NCBI GenBank assembly: GCA_964016885.1 | Contig: OZ024743.1 | Span: 208,506,001-208,570,000, forward strand | Direction of reading: 5' to 3' | Source of the DNA: Eledone cirrhosa | Lineage: Eukaryota | Length of the DNA: 64,000 nucleotides | Part shown: piece by piece, positions 45,701-60,830 of the stretch | How the letters are laid out: every line of letters begins with the position of its first letter | Position numbering within the stretch: position 1 is the stretch's first letter | Program-made: the position numbers and the translations under genes | Notes under the pieces: model-generated | What the model saw: only the letters and a program-made list of their open reading frames with translations | Databases searched by the model: none | What the model was told of the DNA's origin: nothing

Positions 45701-47092
45701 TCTACCATCCGATAGCCACACATGAAAGCTCTTCACTCCATAAGATATATCACAGTTTACCATCCTATAGCCAGATGAAAGTTCTTCACTCCATAAGATA
45801 TACCACAGTTTACCATTCTATAGCCACACATGAAAGCTCTTCACTCCATAACATAGACCACAGTTTACCATCCTATAGTCACACATGAGAGCTCTTCACT
45901 CCATAAGATATACCACAGTTTACCATCCTATAGCCACACATGAAAGCTTTTCACTCCATAAGATATACCACAATTTACCATCCTATAGCCACAGGTGAAA
46001 GCTCTTCACTCCATAAGATATACCACAGTTTACCATCCTATAGCCACAGATGAAAGCTCTTCACTCCACAACATATACCACAGTTTACCATCCTATAGCC
46101 ACACATGAGAGCTCTTCACTCCATAAGATATACCACAGCTTACCATCCTATAGCCAGATGAAAGCTTTTCACTCCATAAGATATACCACAGTTTACCATC
46201 CTATAGCCACAGATGAAAGCTCTTCACTCCATAAGATATACCACAGTTTACCATCCTATAGCCACAGATGAAAGCTCTTCATTCTATAAGATATACCACA
46301 GTTTACCATCTAATAGCCAAACATGAAAGCTCTTCACTCCATAAGATATACCACAGTTTACCATCCTATAGCCACAAATGGAAGCTCTTCACTCCATAAG
46401 ATATACCACAGTTTACCATCCTATAGCCACAGATGAAAGTTCTTCACTCCATAAGATATACCACAGTTTACCATCCTATAGCCAGATGAAAGCTCTTCAC
46501 TCCATAAGATATACTACAGTTTACCATCCTTTAGCCACGCATGAAAGCTCTTCACTCCATAAGATATACATCAGTTTACCATCCTATAGCCACACATGAC
46601 AGCTCTTCACTCCATAAGATATACCATAGTTTACCATCCGATAGCCACACATGAAAGCTCTTCACTCCATAAGATATACCACAGTTTACCATCCTATAGC
46701 CAGATGAAAGTTCTTCACTCCATAAGATATACCACAGTTTACCATCCTATAGCCACACATGAAAGCTCTTCACTCCATAACATATACCACAGTTTACCAT
46801 CCTATAGTCACACATGCGAGCTCTTCACTCCATAAGATATACCACAGTTTACCATCCTATAGCCACACATGAAAGCTCTTCACTCCATAAGATATACCAC
46901 AGTTTACCATCCTATAGCCACAGATGAAAGCTCTTCACTCCATAAGATATACCACAGTTTACCATCCTATAGCCAGATGAAAGCTCTTCACTCCATAAGA
47001 TATACCACAGTTTACCATCCTATAGCCACGCATGAAAGCTCTTCACTCCATAAGATATACCACAGTTTACCATCCTATAGCCACACATGAAA
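42679..47092 (+). repeat. Near-perfect tandem duplication of a 2190-bp (40-monomer) block: 42679-44868 and 44869-47058
   Basis: Five ORF pairs have identical translations and offset 2190, and 35x55 + 5x53 = 2190. I noticed only one mismatch by eye (42976 C vs 45166 A). Confidence 0.95.
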
Positions 47093-50000
47093 TCTCTTCA
47101 CTCCATAAGATATACCACAGTTTACCATCCTATAGCCACAGATGAAAGCTCTTCACTCCATAAGATATACCACAGTTTACGATCCTATAGCCACAGATGA
47201 AAGCTCTTCACTCCATAAGATATACCACAGTTTACCATCCTATAGCCAGATGAAAGTTCTTCACTCCATAAGATATACCACAGTTTACCATCCTATAGCC
47301 ACACATGAGAGCTCTTCACTCCATAAGATAAACCACAGTTTACCATCCTATAGCCACACATGAAAGCTCTTCACTCCATAAGATATACCACAGTTTACCA
47401 TCCTATAGCCACAAATGAAAGCTCTTCACTCCATAAGATATACCACAGTTTACCATCCGATAGCCTCACATGAAAGCTCTTCAGTCCATAAGATATACCA
47501 CAGTTTACCATCCTATGGCCACAGATGAAAGCTCTTCACTCCATAAGATATACCACAGTTTACCATCCTAGAGCCACAGATGAAAGCTCTTCACTCCATA
47601 AGATATACCACAGTTTACCATCCTATAGCCACAGATGAAAGCTCTTCACTCCATAAGATATACCACAGTTTACCATCCTATTGCCACAGATGAAAGCTCT
47701 TCACTCCATAAGATATACCACAGTTTACCATCCTATAGCCACAGATGAAAGCTCTTCACTCCATAAGATATACCACAGTTTACCATCCTATAGCCACAGA
47801 TGAAAGCTCTTCACTCCATAACATATACCACAGTTTACCATCCTATAGCCAGATGAAAGTTCTTCACTCCATAAGATATACCACAGTTTACGATCCTATA
47901 GCCACAGATGAAAGCTCTTCACTCCATAAGATATACCACAGTTTACCATCCTATAGCCAGATGAAAGTTCTTCACTCCATAAGATATACCACAGTTTACC
48001 ATCCTATAGCCACACATGAAATCTCTTCACTCCATAACATATACCACAGTTTACCATCGTATAGTCACACATGAGAGCTCTTCACTCCATAAGATATACC
48101 ACAGTTTACCATCCTATAGCCACACATGAAAGCTCTTCACTCCATAAGATATACCACAATTTACCATCCTATAGCCACAGGTGAAAGCTCTTCACTCCAT
48201 AAGATATACCACAGTTTACCATCCTATAGCCACAGATGAAAGCTCTTCACTCCACAACATATACCACAGTTTACCATCCTATAGCCACACATGAGTGCTC
48301 TTCACTCCATAAGATAAAACACAGTTTACCATCCTATAGCCACACATGAAAGCTCTTCACTCCATAAGATATACCACAGTTTACCATCCTATAGCCACAA
48401 ATGAAAGCTCTTCACTCCATAAGATATACCACAGTTTACCATCCGATAGCCTCACATGAAAGCTCTTCAGTCCATAAGATATACCACAGTTTACCATCCT
48501 ATGGCCTCAGATGAAAGCTCTTCACTCCATAAGATATACCACAGTTTACCATCCTAGAGCCACAGATGAAAGCTCTTCACTCCATAAGATATACCACAGT
48601 TTACCATCCTATAGCCACAGATGAAAGCTCTTCACTCCATAAGATATACCACAGTTTACCATCCTATTGCCACAGATGAAAGCTCTTCACTCCATAAGAT
48701 ATACCACAGTTTACCATCCTATAGCCACAGATGAAAGCTCTTCACTCCATAAGATATACCACAGTTTACCATCCTATAGCCACAGATGAAAGCTCTTCAT
48801 TCTATAAGATATACCACAGTTTACCATCCTGTAGCCACACATGAAAGCTCTTCACTCCATAAGATATACCACAGTTTACCATCCTATAGCCACGCATGAA
48901 AGCTCTTCACTCCATAAGATATACCACAGTTTACCATGCTATAGCCACACATGAAAGCTCTTCACTCCATAAGATATACCACAGTTTACCATCCTATAGC
49001 CACAGATGAAAGCTCTTCACTCCATAACATATACCACAGTTAACCATCCTATAGCCACACATGAGAGCTCTTCACTCCATAAGATATACCACAGTTTACC
49101 ATTCTATAGCCACACATGAAAGCTCTTCACTCCATAAGATATACCACAGTTTACCATCCTATAGCCACAGATGAAAGCTCTTCACTCCATAAGATATACC
49201 ACAGTTTACCATTCTATAGCCACACATGAAAGCTCTTCACTCCATAACATATACCACAGTTTACCATCCTATAGTCACACATGAGAGCTCTTCACTCCAT
49301 AAGATATACCACAGTTTACCATCCTATAGCCACACATGAAATCTTTTCACTCCATAAGATATACCACAATTTACCATCCTATAGCCACAGGTGAAAGCTC
49401 TTCACTCCATAAGATATACCACAGTTTACCATCCTATAGCCACAGATGAAAGCTCTTCACTCCACAACATATACCACAGTTTACCATCCTATAGCCACAC
49501 ATGAGAGCTCTTTACTCCATAAGATATACCACAGCTTACCATCCTATAGCCAGATGAAAGCTTTTCACTCCATAAGATATACCACAGTTTACCATCCTAT
49601 AGCCACAGATGAAAGCTCTTCACTCCATAAGATATACCACAGTTTACCATCCTATAGCCAGATGAAAGCTCTTCACTACATAAGATACACCACAGTTTAC
49701 CATCCTATAGCCACGCATGAAAGCTCTTCACTCCATAAGATATACCTCAGTTTACCATCCTATAGCCACACATGAAAGCTCTTCACTCCATAAGATATAC
49801 CATAGTTTACCATCCGATAGCCACACATGAAAGCTCTTCACTCCATAAGATATACCACAGTTTACCATCCTATAGCCACACATGAGAGCTCTTCACTCCA
49901 TAAGATATACCACAGTTTACCATCCTATAGCCACACATGAAAGCTCTTCGCTCCATAAGATATTCCACAGTTTACCATCCTATAGCCAGATGAAAGTTCT

Positions 50001-50649
50001 TCACTCCATAAGATATACCACAGTTTACCATCCTATAGCCACACATGAAATCTCTTCACTCCATAACATATACCACAGTTTACCATCCTATAGTCACGCA
50101 TGAGAGCTCTTCACTCCATAAGATATACCACAGTTTACCATCCTATAGCCACACATGAAAGCTCTTCACTCCATAAGATATACCACAATTTACCATCCTA
50201 TAGTCACAGGTGAAAGCTCTTCACTCCATAAGATATACCACAGTTTACCATCCTATAGCCACAGATGAAAGCTCTTCACTCCACAACATATACCACAGTT
50301 TACCATCCTATAGCCACACATGATAGCTCTTCACTCCATAAGATAAACCACAGTTTACCATCCTATAGCCACACATGAAAGCTCTTCACTCCATAAGATA
50401 TACCACAGTTTACCATCCTATAGCCACAAATGAAAGCTCTTCACTCCATAAGATATACCACAGTTTACCATCCGATAGCCTCACATGAAAGCTCTTCAGT
50501 CCATAAGATATACCACAGTTTACCATCCTATGGCCACAGATGAAAGCTCTTCACTCCATAAGATATACCACATTTTACCATCCTAGAGCCACAGATGAAA
50601 GCTCTTCACTCCATAAGATATACCACAGTTTACCATCCTATAGCCACAG

Positions 50650-53600
50650 ATGAAAGCTCTTCATTCCATAAGATATACCACAGTTTACCATCCTATAGCC
50701 ACAGATGAAAGCTCTTCACTCCATAAGATATACCACAGTTTACCATCCTATAGCCACAGATGAAAGCTCTTCACTCCATAAGATATACCACAGTTTACCA
50801 TCCTATTGCCACAGATGAAAGCTCTTCACTCCATAAGATATACCACAGTTTACCATCCTATAGCCACAGATGAAAGCTCTTCACTCCATAAGATATACCA
50901 CAGTTTACCATCCTATAGCCACAGATGAAAGCTCTTCATTCTATAAGATATACCACAGTTTACCATCCTGTAGCCACACATGAAAGCTCTTCACTCCATA
51001 AGATATACCACAGTTTACCATCCTATAGCCACGTATGAAAGCTCTTCACTCCATAAGATATACCACAGTTTACCATCCTATAGCCACACATGAAAGCTCT
51101 TCACTCCATAAGATATACCACAGTTTACCATCCTATAGCCACAGATGAAAGCTCTTCACTCCATAAGATATACCACAGTTTAACATCCTATAGCCACAGA
51201 TGAAAGCTCTTCACTCCATAACATATACCACAGTTAACCATCCTATAGCCACACATGAGAGCTCTTCACTCCATAAGATATACCACAGTTTACCATCCTA
51301 TAGCCACACATGAAAGCTCTTCACTCCATAAGATATACCACAGTTTACCATCCTATAGCCACAGATGAAGGCTCTTCACTCCATAAGATATACCATAGTT
51401 TACCATCCGATAGCCACACATGAAAGCTCTTCACTCCATAAGATATATCACAGTTTACCATCCTATAGCCAGATGAAAGTTCTTCACTCCATAAGATATA
51501 CCACAGTTTACCATTCTATAGCCACACATGAAAGCTCTTCACTCCATAACATATACCACAGTTTACCATCCTATAGTCACACATGAGAGCTCTTCACTCC
51601 ATAAGATATACCACAGTTTACCATCCTATAGCCACACATGAAAGCTTTTCACTCCATAAGATATACCACAATTTACCATCCTATAGCCACAGGTGAAAGC
51701 TCTTCACTCCATAAGATATACCACAGTTTACCATCCTATAGCCACAGATGAAAGCTCTTCACTCCACAACATATACCACAGTTTACCATCCTATAGCCAC
51801 ACATGAGAGCTCTTCACTCCATAAGATATACCACAGCTTACCATCCTATAGCCAGATGAAAGCTTTTCACTCCATAAGATATACCACAGTTTACCATCTA
51901 ATAGCCAAACATGAAAGCTCTTCACTCCATAAGATATACCACAGTTTACCATCCTATAGCCACAAATGGAAGCTCTTCACTCCATAAGATATACCACAGT
52001 TTACCATCCTATAGCCACAGATGAAAGTTCTTCACTCCATAAGATATACCACAGTTTACCATCCTATAGCCAGATGAAAGCTCTTCACTCCATAAGATAT
52101 ACCACAGTTCACCATCCTTTAGCCACGCATGAAAGCTCTTCACTCCATAAGATATACATCAGTTTACCATCCTATAGCCACACATGACAGCTCTTCACTC
52201 CATAAGATATACCATAGTTTACCATCCGATAGCCACACATGAAAGCTCTTCACTCCATAAGATATACCACAGTTTACCATCCTATAGCCAGATGAAAGTT
52301 CTTCACTCCATAAGATATACCACAGTTTACCATCCTATAGCCACACATGAAAGCTCTTCACTCCATAACATATACCACAGTTTACCATCCTATAGTCACA
52401 CATGCGAGCTCTTCACTCCATAAGATATACCACAGTTTACCATCCTATAGCCACACATGAAAGCTCTTCACTCCATAAGATATACCACAGTATACCATCC
52501 TATAGCCACAGATGAAAGCTCTTCACTCCATAAGATATACCACAGTTTACCATCCTATAGCCAGATGAAAGCTCTTCACTCCATAAGATATACCACAGTT
52601 TACCATCCTATAGCCACGCATGAAAGCTCTTCACTCCATAAGATATACCACAGTTTACCATCCTATAGCCACACATGAAATCTCTTCACTCCATAAGATA
52701 TACCACAGTTTACCATCCTATAGCCACAGATGAAAGCTCTTCACTCCATAAGATATACCACAGTTTACGATCCTATAGCCACAGATGAAAGCTCTTCACT
52801 CCATAAGATATACCACAGTTTACCATCCTATAGCCAGATGAAAGTTCTTCACTCCATAAGATATACCACAGTTTACCATCCTATAGCCACACATGAAATC
52901 TCTTCACTCCATAACATATACCACAGTTTACCATCCTATAGTCACACATGAGAGCTCTTCACTCCATAAGATATACCACAGTTTACCATCCTATAGCCAC
53001 ACATGAAAGCTCTTCACTCCATAAGATATACCACAGTTTACCATCCTATAGCCACAGGTGAAAGCTCTTCACTCCATAAGATATACCACAGTTTACCATC
53101 CTATATCCACAGATGAAAGCTCTTCACTCCACAACATATACCACAGTTTACCATCCTATAGCCACACATGAGAGCTCTTCACTCCATAAGATAAACCACA
53201 GTTTACCATCCTATAGCCACACATGAAAGCTCTTCACTCCATAAGATATACCACAGTTTACCATCCTATAGCCACAAATGAAAGCTCTTCACTCCATAAG
53301 ATATACCACAGTTTACCATCCGATAGCCTCACATGAAAGCTCTTCAGTCCATAAGATATACCACAGTTTACCATCCTATGGCCACAGATGAAAGCTCTTC
53401 ACTCCATAAGATATACCACAGTTTACCATCCTAGAGCCACAGATGAAAGCTCTTCACTCCATAAGATATACCACAGTTTACCATCCTATAGCCACAGATG
53501 AAAGCTCTTCACTCCACAAGATATACCACAGTTTACCATCCTATTGCCACAGATGAAAGCTCTTCACTCCATAAGATATACCACAGTTTACCATCCTATA

Positions 53601-56020
53601 GCCACAGATGAAAGCTCTTCACTCCATAAGATATACCACAGTTTACCATCCTATAGCCACACATGAAATCTCTTCACTCCATAACATATACCACAGTTTA
53701 CCATCTTATAGTCACACATGAGAGCTCTTCACTCCATAAGATATACCACAGTTTACCATCCTATAGCCACACATGAAAGCTCTTCACTCCATAAGATATA
53801 CCACAATTTACCATCCTATAGCCACAGGTGAAAGCTCTTCACTCCATAAGATATACCACAGTTTACCATCCTATAGCCACAGATGAAAGCTCTTCACTCC
53901 ACAACATATACCACAGTTTACCATCCTATAGCCACACATGAGAGCTCTTCACTCCATAAGATAAAACACAGTTTACCATCCTATAGCCACACATGAAAGC
54001 TCTTCACTCCATAAGATATACCACAGTTTACCATCCTATAGCCACAAATGAAAGCTCTTCACTCCATAAGATATACCACAGTTTACCATCCGATAGCCTC
54101 ACATGAAAGCTCTTCAGTCCATAAGATATACCACAGTTTACCATCCTATGGCCACAGATGAAAGCTCTTCACTCCATAAGATATACCACAGTTTACCATC
54201 CTAGAGCCACAGATGAAAGCTCTTCACTCCATAAGATATACCACAGTTTACCATCCTATAGCCACAGATGAAAGCTCTTCACTCCATAAGATATACCACA
54301 GTTTGCCATCCTATTGCCACAGATGAAAGCTCTTCACTCCATAAGATATACCACAGTTTACCATCCTATAGCCACAGATGAAAGCTCTTCACTCCATAAG
54401 ATATACCACAGTTTACCATCCTATAGCCACAGATGAAAGCTCTTCATTCTATAAGATATACCACAGTTTACCATCCTGTAGCCACAAATGAAAGCTCTTC
54501 ACTCCATAAGATATACCACAGTTTACCATCCTATAGCCACGCATGAAAGCTCTTCACTCCATAAGATATACCACAGTTTACCATGCTATAGCCACACATG
54601 AAAGCTCTTCGCTCCATAAGATATACCACAGTTTACCATCCTATAGCCACAGATGAAAGCTCTTCACTCCATAAGATATACCACAGTTTACCATCCTATA
54701 GCCACAGATGAAAGCTCTTCACTCCATAACATATACCACAGTTAACCATCCTATAGCCACACATGAGAGCTCTTCACTCCATAAGATATACCACAGTTTA
54801 CCATCCTATAGCCACACATGAAAGCTCTTCACTCCATAAGATATACCACAGTTTACCATCCTATAGCCACAGATGAAAGCTCTTCACTCCATAAGATATA
54901 CCATAGTTTACCATCCGATAGCCACACATGAAAGCTCTTCACTCCATAAGATATATCACAGTTTACCATCCTATAGCCAGATGAAAGTTCTTCACTCCAT
55001 AAGATATACCACAGATTACCATTCTATAGCCACACATGAAAGCTCTTCACTCCATAACATATACCACAGTTTACCATCCTATAGTCACACATGAGAGCTC
55101 TTCACTCCATAAGATATACCACAGTTTACCATCCTATAGCCACACATGAAATCTTTTCACTCCATAAGATATACCACAATTTACCATCCTATAGCCACAG
55201 GTGAAAGCTCTTCACTCCATAAGATATACCACAGTTTACCATCCTATAGCCACAGATGAAAGCTCTTCACTCTACAACATATACCACAGTTTACCATCCT
55301 ATAGCCACACATGAGAGCTCTTCACTCCATAAGATATACCACAGCTTACCATCCTATAGCCAGATGAAAGCTTTTCACTCCATAAGATATACCACAGTTT
55401 ACCATCCTATAGCCACAGATGAAAGCTCTTCACTCCATAAGATATACCACAGTTTACCATCCTATAGCCAGATGAAAGCTCTTCACTCCATAAGATACAC
55501 CACAGTTTACCATCCTATAGCCACGCATGAAAGCTCTTCACTCCATAAGATATACCACAGTTTACCATCCTATAGCCACACATGAAAGCTCTTCACTCCA
55601 TAAGATATACCATAGTTTACCATCCGATAGCCACACATGAAAGCTCTTCACTCCATAAGATATACCACAGTTTACCATCCTATAGCCAGATGAAAGTTCT
55701 TCACTCCATAAGATATACCACAGTTTACCATCCTATAGCCACACATGAAAGCTCTTCACTCCATAACATATACCACAGTTTACCATCCTATAGTCACACA
55801 TGCGAGCTCTTCACTCCATAAGATATACCACAGTTTACCATCCTATAGCCACACGTGAAAGCTCTTCACTCCATAAGATATACCACAGTTTACCATCCTA
55901 TAGCCACAGATGAAAGCTCTTCACTCCATAAGATATACCACAGTTTACCATCCTATAGCCAGATGAAAGCTCTTCACTCCATAAGATATACCACAGTTTA
56001 CCATCCTATAGCCACGCATG
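50650..56020 (+). repeat. Further, more diverged copies of the ~2.2-kb block at ~50650-52890 and ~54270-56020
   Basis: ORFs 51365/51748 match 45667/46050 (offset 5698). ORFs 51966-52730 match 46378-47142 (offset 5588). ORFs 54873/55256 keep the same 383-bp spacing. Shared variants include CCTGTAG, GTTAACC, CATTCTAT, CAGGTG and ATGCGAG. Confidence 0.82.
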
Positions 56021-59000
56021 AAAGCTCTTCACTCCTTAAGATATACCACAGTTTACCATCCTATAGCCACACATGAAATCTCTTCACTCCATAAGATATA
56101 CCACAGTTTACCATCCTATAGCCACAGATGAAAGCTCTTCACTGCATAAGATATACCACAGTTTAAGATCCTATAGCCACAGATGAAAGCTCTTCACTCC
56201 ATAACATATACCACAGTTTACCATCCTATAGCCACACATGAGAGCTCTTCACTCCATAAGATATAGCACAGTTTACCATCCTATAGCCACACATGAAAGC
56301 TCTTCACTACATAATATATACCACAGTTTACCATCCTATGGCCACATATGAAAGCTCTTCGCTCCATAAGATATACCACAGTTTATCATCCTATAGCCAC
56401 AGATGAAAGCTCTTCACTCCATAAGATATACCACAGTTTACCATCCTATAGCCACAGATGAAAGCTCTTCACTCTATAAGATATACCACAGTTTACCATC
56501 CTATGGCCAGAGATGAAAGCTCTTCAATCCATAGGATATACCACAGTTTACCATCCTATAGCCACACATGAAAGCTCTTCACTCCATAAGTTATACCACA
56601 GATTACCATCCTAGAGTCACACATGAGAGCTCTTCACTCCATAATATATACCACAGTTTACCATCCTATAGCCACACATGAAAGCTCTTCACTCCATAAG
56701 ATATACCACAGTTTACCATCCTATAGCCACAGATGAAAGCTCTTAACTCCATAAGATATACAACAGTTTACCATCCTATAGCCAGATGAAAGCTCTTCAC
56801 TCCATAAGATATACCACAGTTTACCATCCTATAGCCACAGATGAAAGCTCTTCACTCCATAAGATATACAACAGTTTACCATCCAATAGCCAGATGAAAG
56901 CTCTTCACTCCATAAGATATACCACAGTTTACCATCCTATAGCCACAGATGAAAGCTCTTCACTCCATAAGATATACCACAGTTTACCATCCTATAGCCA
57001 CGCCACGGATGAAAGCTCTTCACTCCATAAGATATACCACAGTTTACCATCCTATAGCCACGCCACGGATGAAACCTCTTCACTCCATAAGATATACCTC
57101 AGTTTACCATCCTATAGCCACAGATCAAAGCTCTTCACTCCATAAGATATACCACAGTTTACCATCCTATAGCCACACATGAAAGCTCTTCACTCCATAA
57201 GATATACCACAGTTTACCATCCTATAGCCACAGATGAAAACTGTTCACTCCATAAGATATACCACAGTTTACCATCCTATAGCCACAGATGAAAGCTCTT
57301 CACTCCATAAGATATACCACAGTTTACCATCCTATAGCCACACATGGAAGCTCTTAACTCCATAAGATATACCACAGTTTACCATCATATAGCCACACAT
57401 GAAAGCTCTTCACTCCATAAGATATACCACAGTTTACCATCCTATAGCCAGATGAAAGCTCTTCACTCCATAAGATATCCCACAGTTTACCATCCTATAG
57501 CCACACATGAAAGCTCTTCAGTCCACAAGATATAACACAGTTTACCATCCTATAGCCACAGATGAAAGCTCTTCACTCCATAAGATATACCACAGTTTAC
57601 CATCCTATAGCCACACATGAAAGCTCTTCACTCCATAAGATATAACACAGTTTACCATCCTATGGTTACAGATGAAAGCTCTTCACCCCATAAGATATAC
57701 GACAGTTTACCATCCTATAGCCGCAGATGAAAGCTCTTCACTCCATAAGATATACCACAGTTTACCATCCTATGGCCACAGATGAAAGCTCTTCACTCCC
57801 TAAGATATACCACAGTTTACCATCCTATAGCCACACATGAAAGCTCTTCACTCCATAAGATATACCACAGTTTACCATCCTATAGCCACACATGAACGCT
57901 CTTCACTCCATAAGATATACCACAGTTTACCATCCTATAGCCAGATGAAAGCTCTTCACTCCATAAGATATAGCACAGTTTACCATCCTATAGCCAGATG
58001 AAAGCTCTTCACTCCATAAGATATACCACAGTTTACCATCCTCTGGCCACAGATGAAAGCTCTTCACTCCATAAGATATACCACAGTTTACCATCCTATA
58101 GCCGCAGATGAAAGCTCTTCACTCCATAAGATATACCACAGTTTACTATCCTATGGCCACAGATGAAAGCTCTTCACTCCATAAGATATACCACAGTTTA
58201 CCATCCTATAGCCACACATGAAACCTCTTCACTCCATAAGATATACCACGGTTTACCATCCTATAGCCAGATGAAAGCTCTTCACTCCATAAGATATACC
58301 ACAGTTTACCACCCTATAGCCACAGATGAAAGCTCTTCACTCCATAACATATACTACAGTTTACAATCCTATAGGCACACATGAAAGCTCTTCACTCCAT
58401 AAGATATACCACAATTTACCATCCTATAGCCACACATGAACGCTCTTCACTCAATAAGATATACCACAGTTTACCATCCTATAGCCACAAATGAAAGCTC
58501 TTCATTCCATAAGATATACCACAGTTTACCATCCTAGAGCCACACATGTGAGCTCTTCACTCCATAAGATATACCACAGTTTACCATCCTATAGCCACAG
58601 ATGAAAGCTCTTCACTCCATCAGATATACCACAGTTTACCATCCTATAGCCAGATGAAAGCTCTTCACTCCATAAGATATACCACAGTTTACCATCCTAT
58701 AGCCACACATGAAAGCTCTTCACTCCATAAGATATACCACAGTTTACCATCCTATAGCCACACATGAAAGCTCTTCACTCCATGAGATATACCACAGTTT
58801 ACCATCCTATAGCCACACATGAAAGCTCTTCACTCCATAAGATATAACACAGTTTACCATCCTATAGTTACAGATGAAAGCTCTTCACTCCATAAGATAT
58901 ACGACAGTTTACCATCCTATAGCCGCAGATGAAAGCTCTTCACTCCATAAGATATACCACAGTTTACCATCCTATAGCCACAGATGAAAGCTCTTCACTC

Positions 59001-60830
59001 CATAAGATATACCACAGTTTACCATCCTATAGCCACACATGAAAGCTCTTCACTCCATGAGATATACCACAGTTTACAATCCTATAGCCACAGATGAAAG
59101 CTCTTCACTCCATAAGATATACCACAGTTTACCATCCTATAGCCACACATGGAAGCTCTTCACTCCATAAGATATACCACAGTTTACCATCCTATAGCCA
59201 CGCATGAAAGCTCTTCACTCCTTAAGATATACCACAGTTTACCATCTTATAGCCACACATGAAATCTCTTCACTCCATAAGATATACCACAGTTTACCAT
59301 CCTATAGCCACAGATGAAAGCTCTTCACTCCATAAGATATACCACAGTTTACGATCCTATAGCCACAGATGAAAGCTCTTCACTCCATAACATATACCAC
59401 AGTTTACCATCCTATAGCCACACATAAGAGCTCTTCACTCCATAAGATATAGCACAGTTTACCATCCTATAGCCACACATGAAAGCTCTTCACTACATAA
59501 TATATACCACAGTTTACCATCCTATGGCCACATATGAAAGCTCTTCGCTCCATAAGATATACCACAGTTTATCATCCTATAGCCACAGATGAAAGCTCTT
59601 CACTCCATAAGATATACCACAGTTTACCATCCTATAGCCACAGATGAAAGCTCTTCACTCTATAAGATATACCACAGTTTACCATCCTATGGCCAGAGAT
59701 GAAAGCTCTTCAATCCATAGGATATACCACAGTTTACCATCCTATAGCCACACATGAAAGCTCTTCACTCCATAAGTTATACCACAGATTACCATCCTAG
59801 AGTCACACATGAGAGCTCTTCACTCCATAATATATACCACAGTTTACCATCCTATAGCCACACATGAAAGCTCTTCACTCCATAAGATATACCACAGTTT
59901 ACCATCCTATAGCCACAGATGAAAGCTCTTAACTCCATAAGATATACAACAGTTTACCATCCTATAGCCAGATGAAAGCTCTTCACTCCATAAGATATAT
60001 CACAGTTTACCATCCTATAGCCACAGATGAAAGCTCTTCACTCCATAAGATATACAACAGTTTACCATCCTATAGCCAGATGAAAGCTCTTCACTCCATA
60101 AGATATACCACAGTTTACCATCCTATAGCCACAGATGAAAGCTCTTCACTCCATAAGATATACCACAGTTTACCATCCTATAGCCACGCCACGGATGAAA
60201 GCTCTTCACTCCATAAGATATACCACAGTTTACCATCCTATAGCCACGCCACGGATGAAACCACTTCACTCCATAAGATATACCTCAGTTTACCATCCTA
60301 TAGCCACAGATCAAAGCTCTTCACTCCATAAGATATACCACAGTTTACCATCCTATAGCCACACATGAAAGCTCTTCACTCCATAAGATATACCACAGTT
60401 TACCATCCTATAGCCACAGATGAAAGCTCTTCACTCCATAAGATATACCACAGTTTACCATCCTATAGCCACACATGGAAGCTCTTCACTCCATAAGATA
60501 TACCACAGTTTACCATCATATAGCCACACATGAAAGCTCTTCACTCCATAAGATATACCACAGTTTACCATCCTATAGCCAGATGAAAGCTCTTCACTCC
60601 ATAAGATATCCCACAGTTTACCATCCTATAGCCACACATGAAAGCTCTTCAGTCCACAAGATATAACACAGTTTACCATCCTATAGCCACAGATGAAAGC
60701 TCTTCACTCCATAAGATATACCACAGTTTACCATCCTATAGCCACACATGAAAGCTCTTCACTCCATAAGATATAACACAGTTTACCATCCTATGGTTAC
60801 AGATGAAAGCTCTTCACCCCATAAGATATA
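56018..60830 (+). repeat. Higher-order duplication: ~56018-57700 is copied at ~59204-60830 (offset 3186, then 3131)
   Basis: ORF offsets are 3186 (x2) and 3131. Shared features include CCTTAAG, CTACATAATAT, GGCCAGAGATG, CAATCCATAGG, CAGATTACC..TAGAGTC, a tandem pair of 60-mers, GATCAAAG and TATGGTTAC. Confidence 0.9.
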
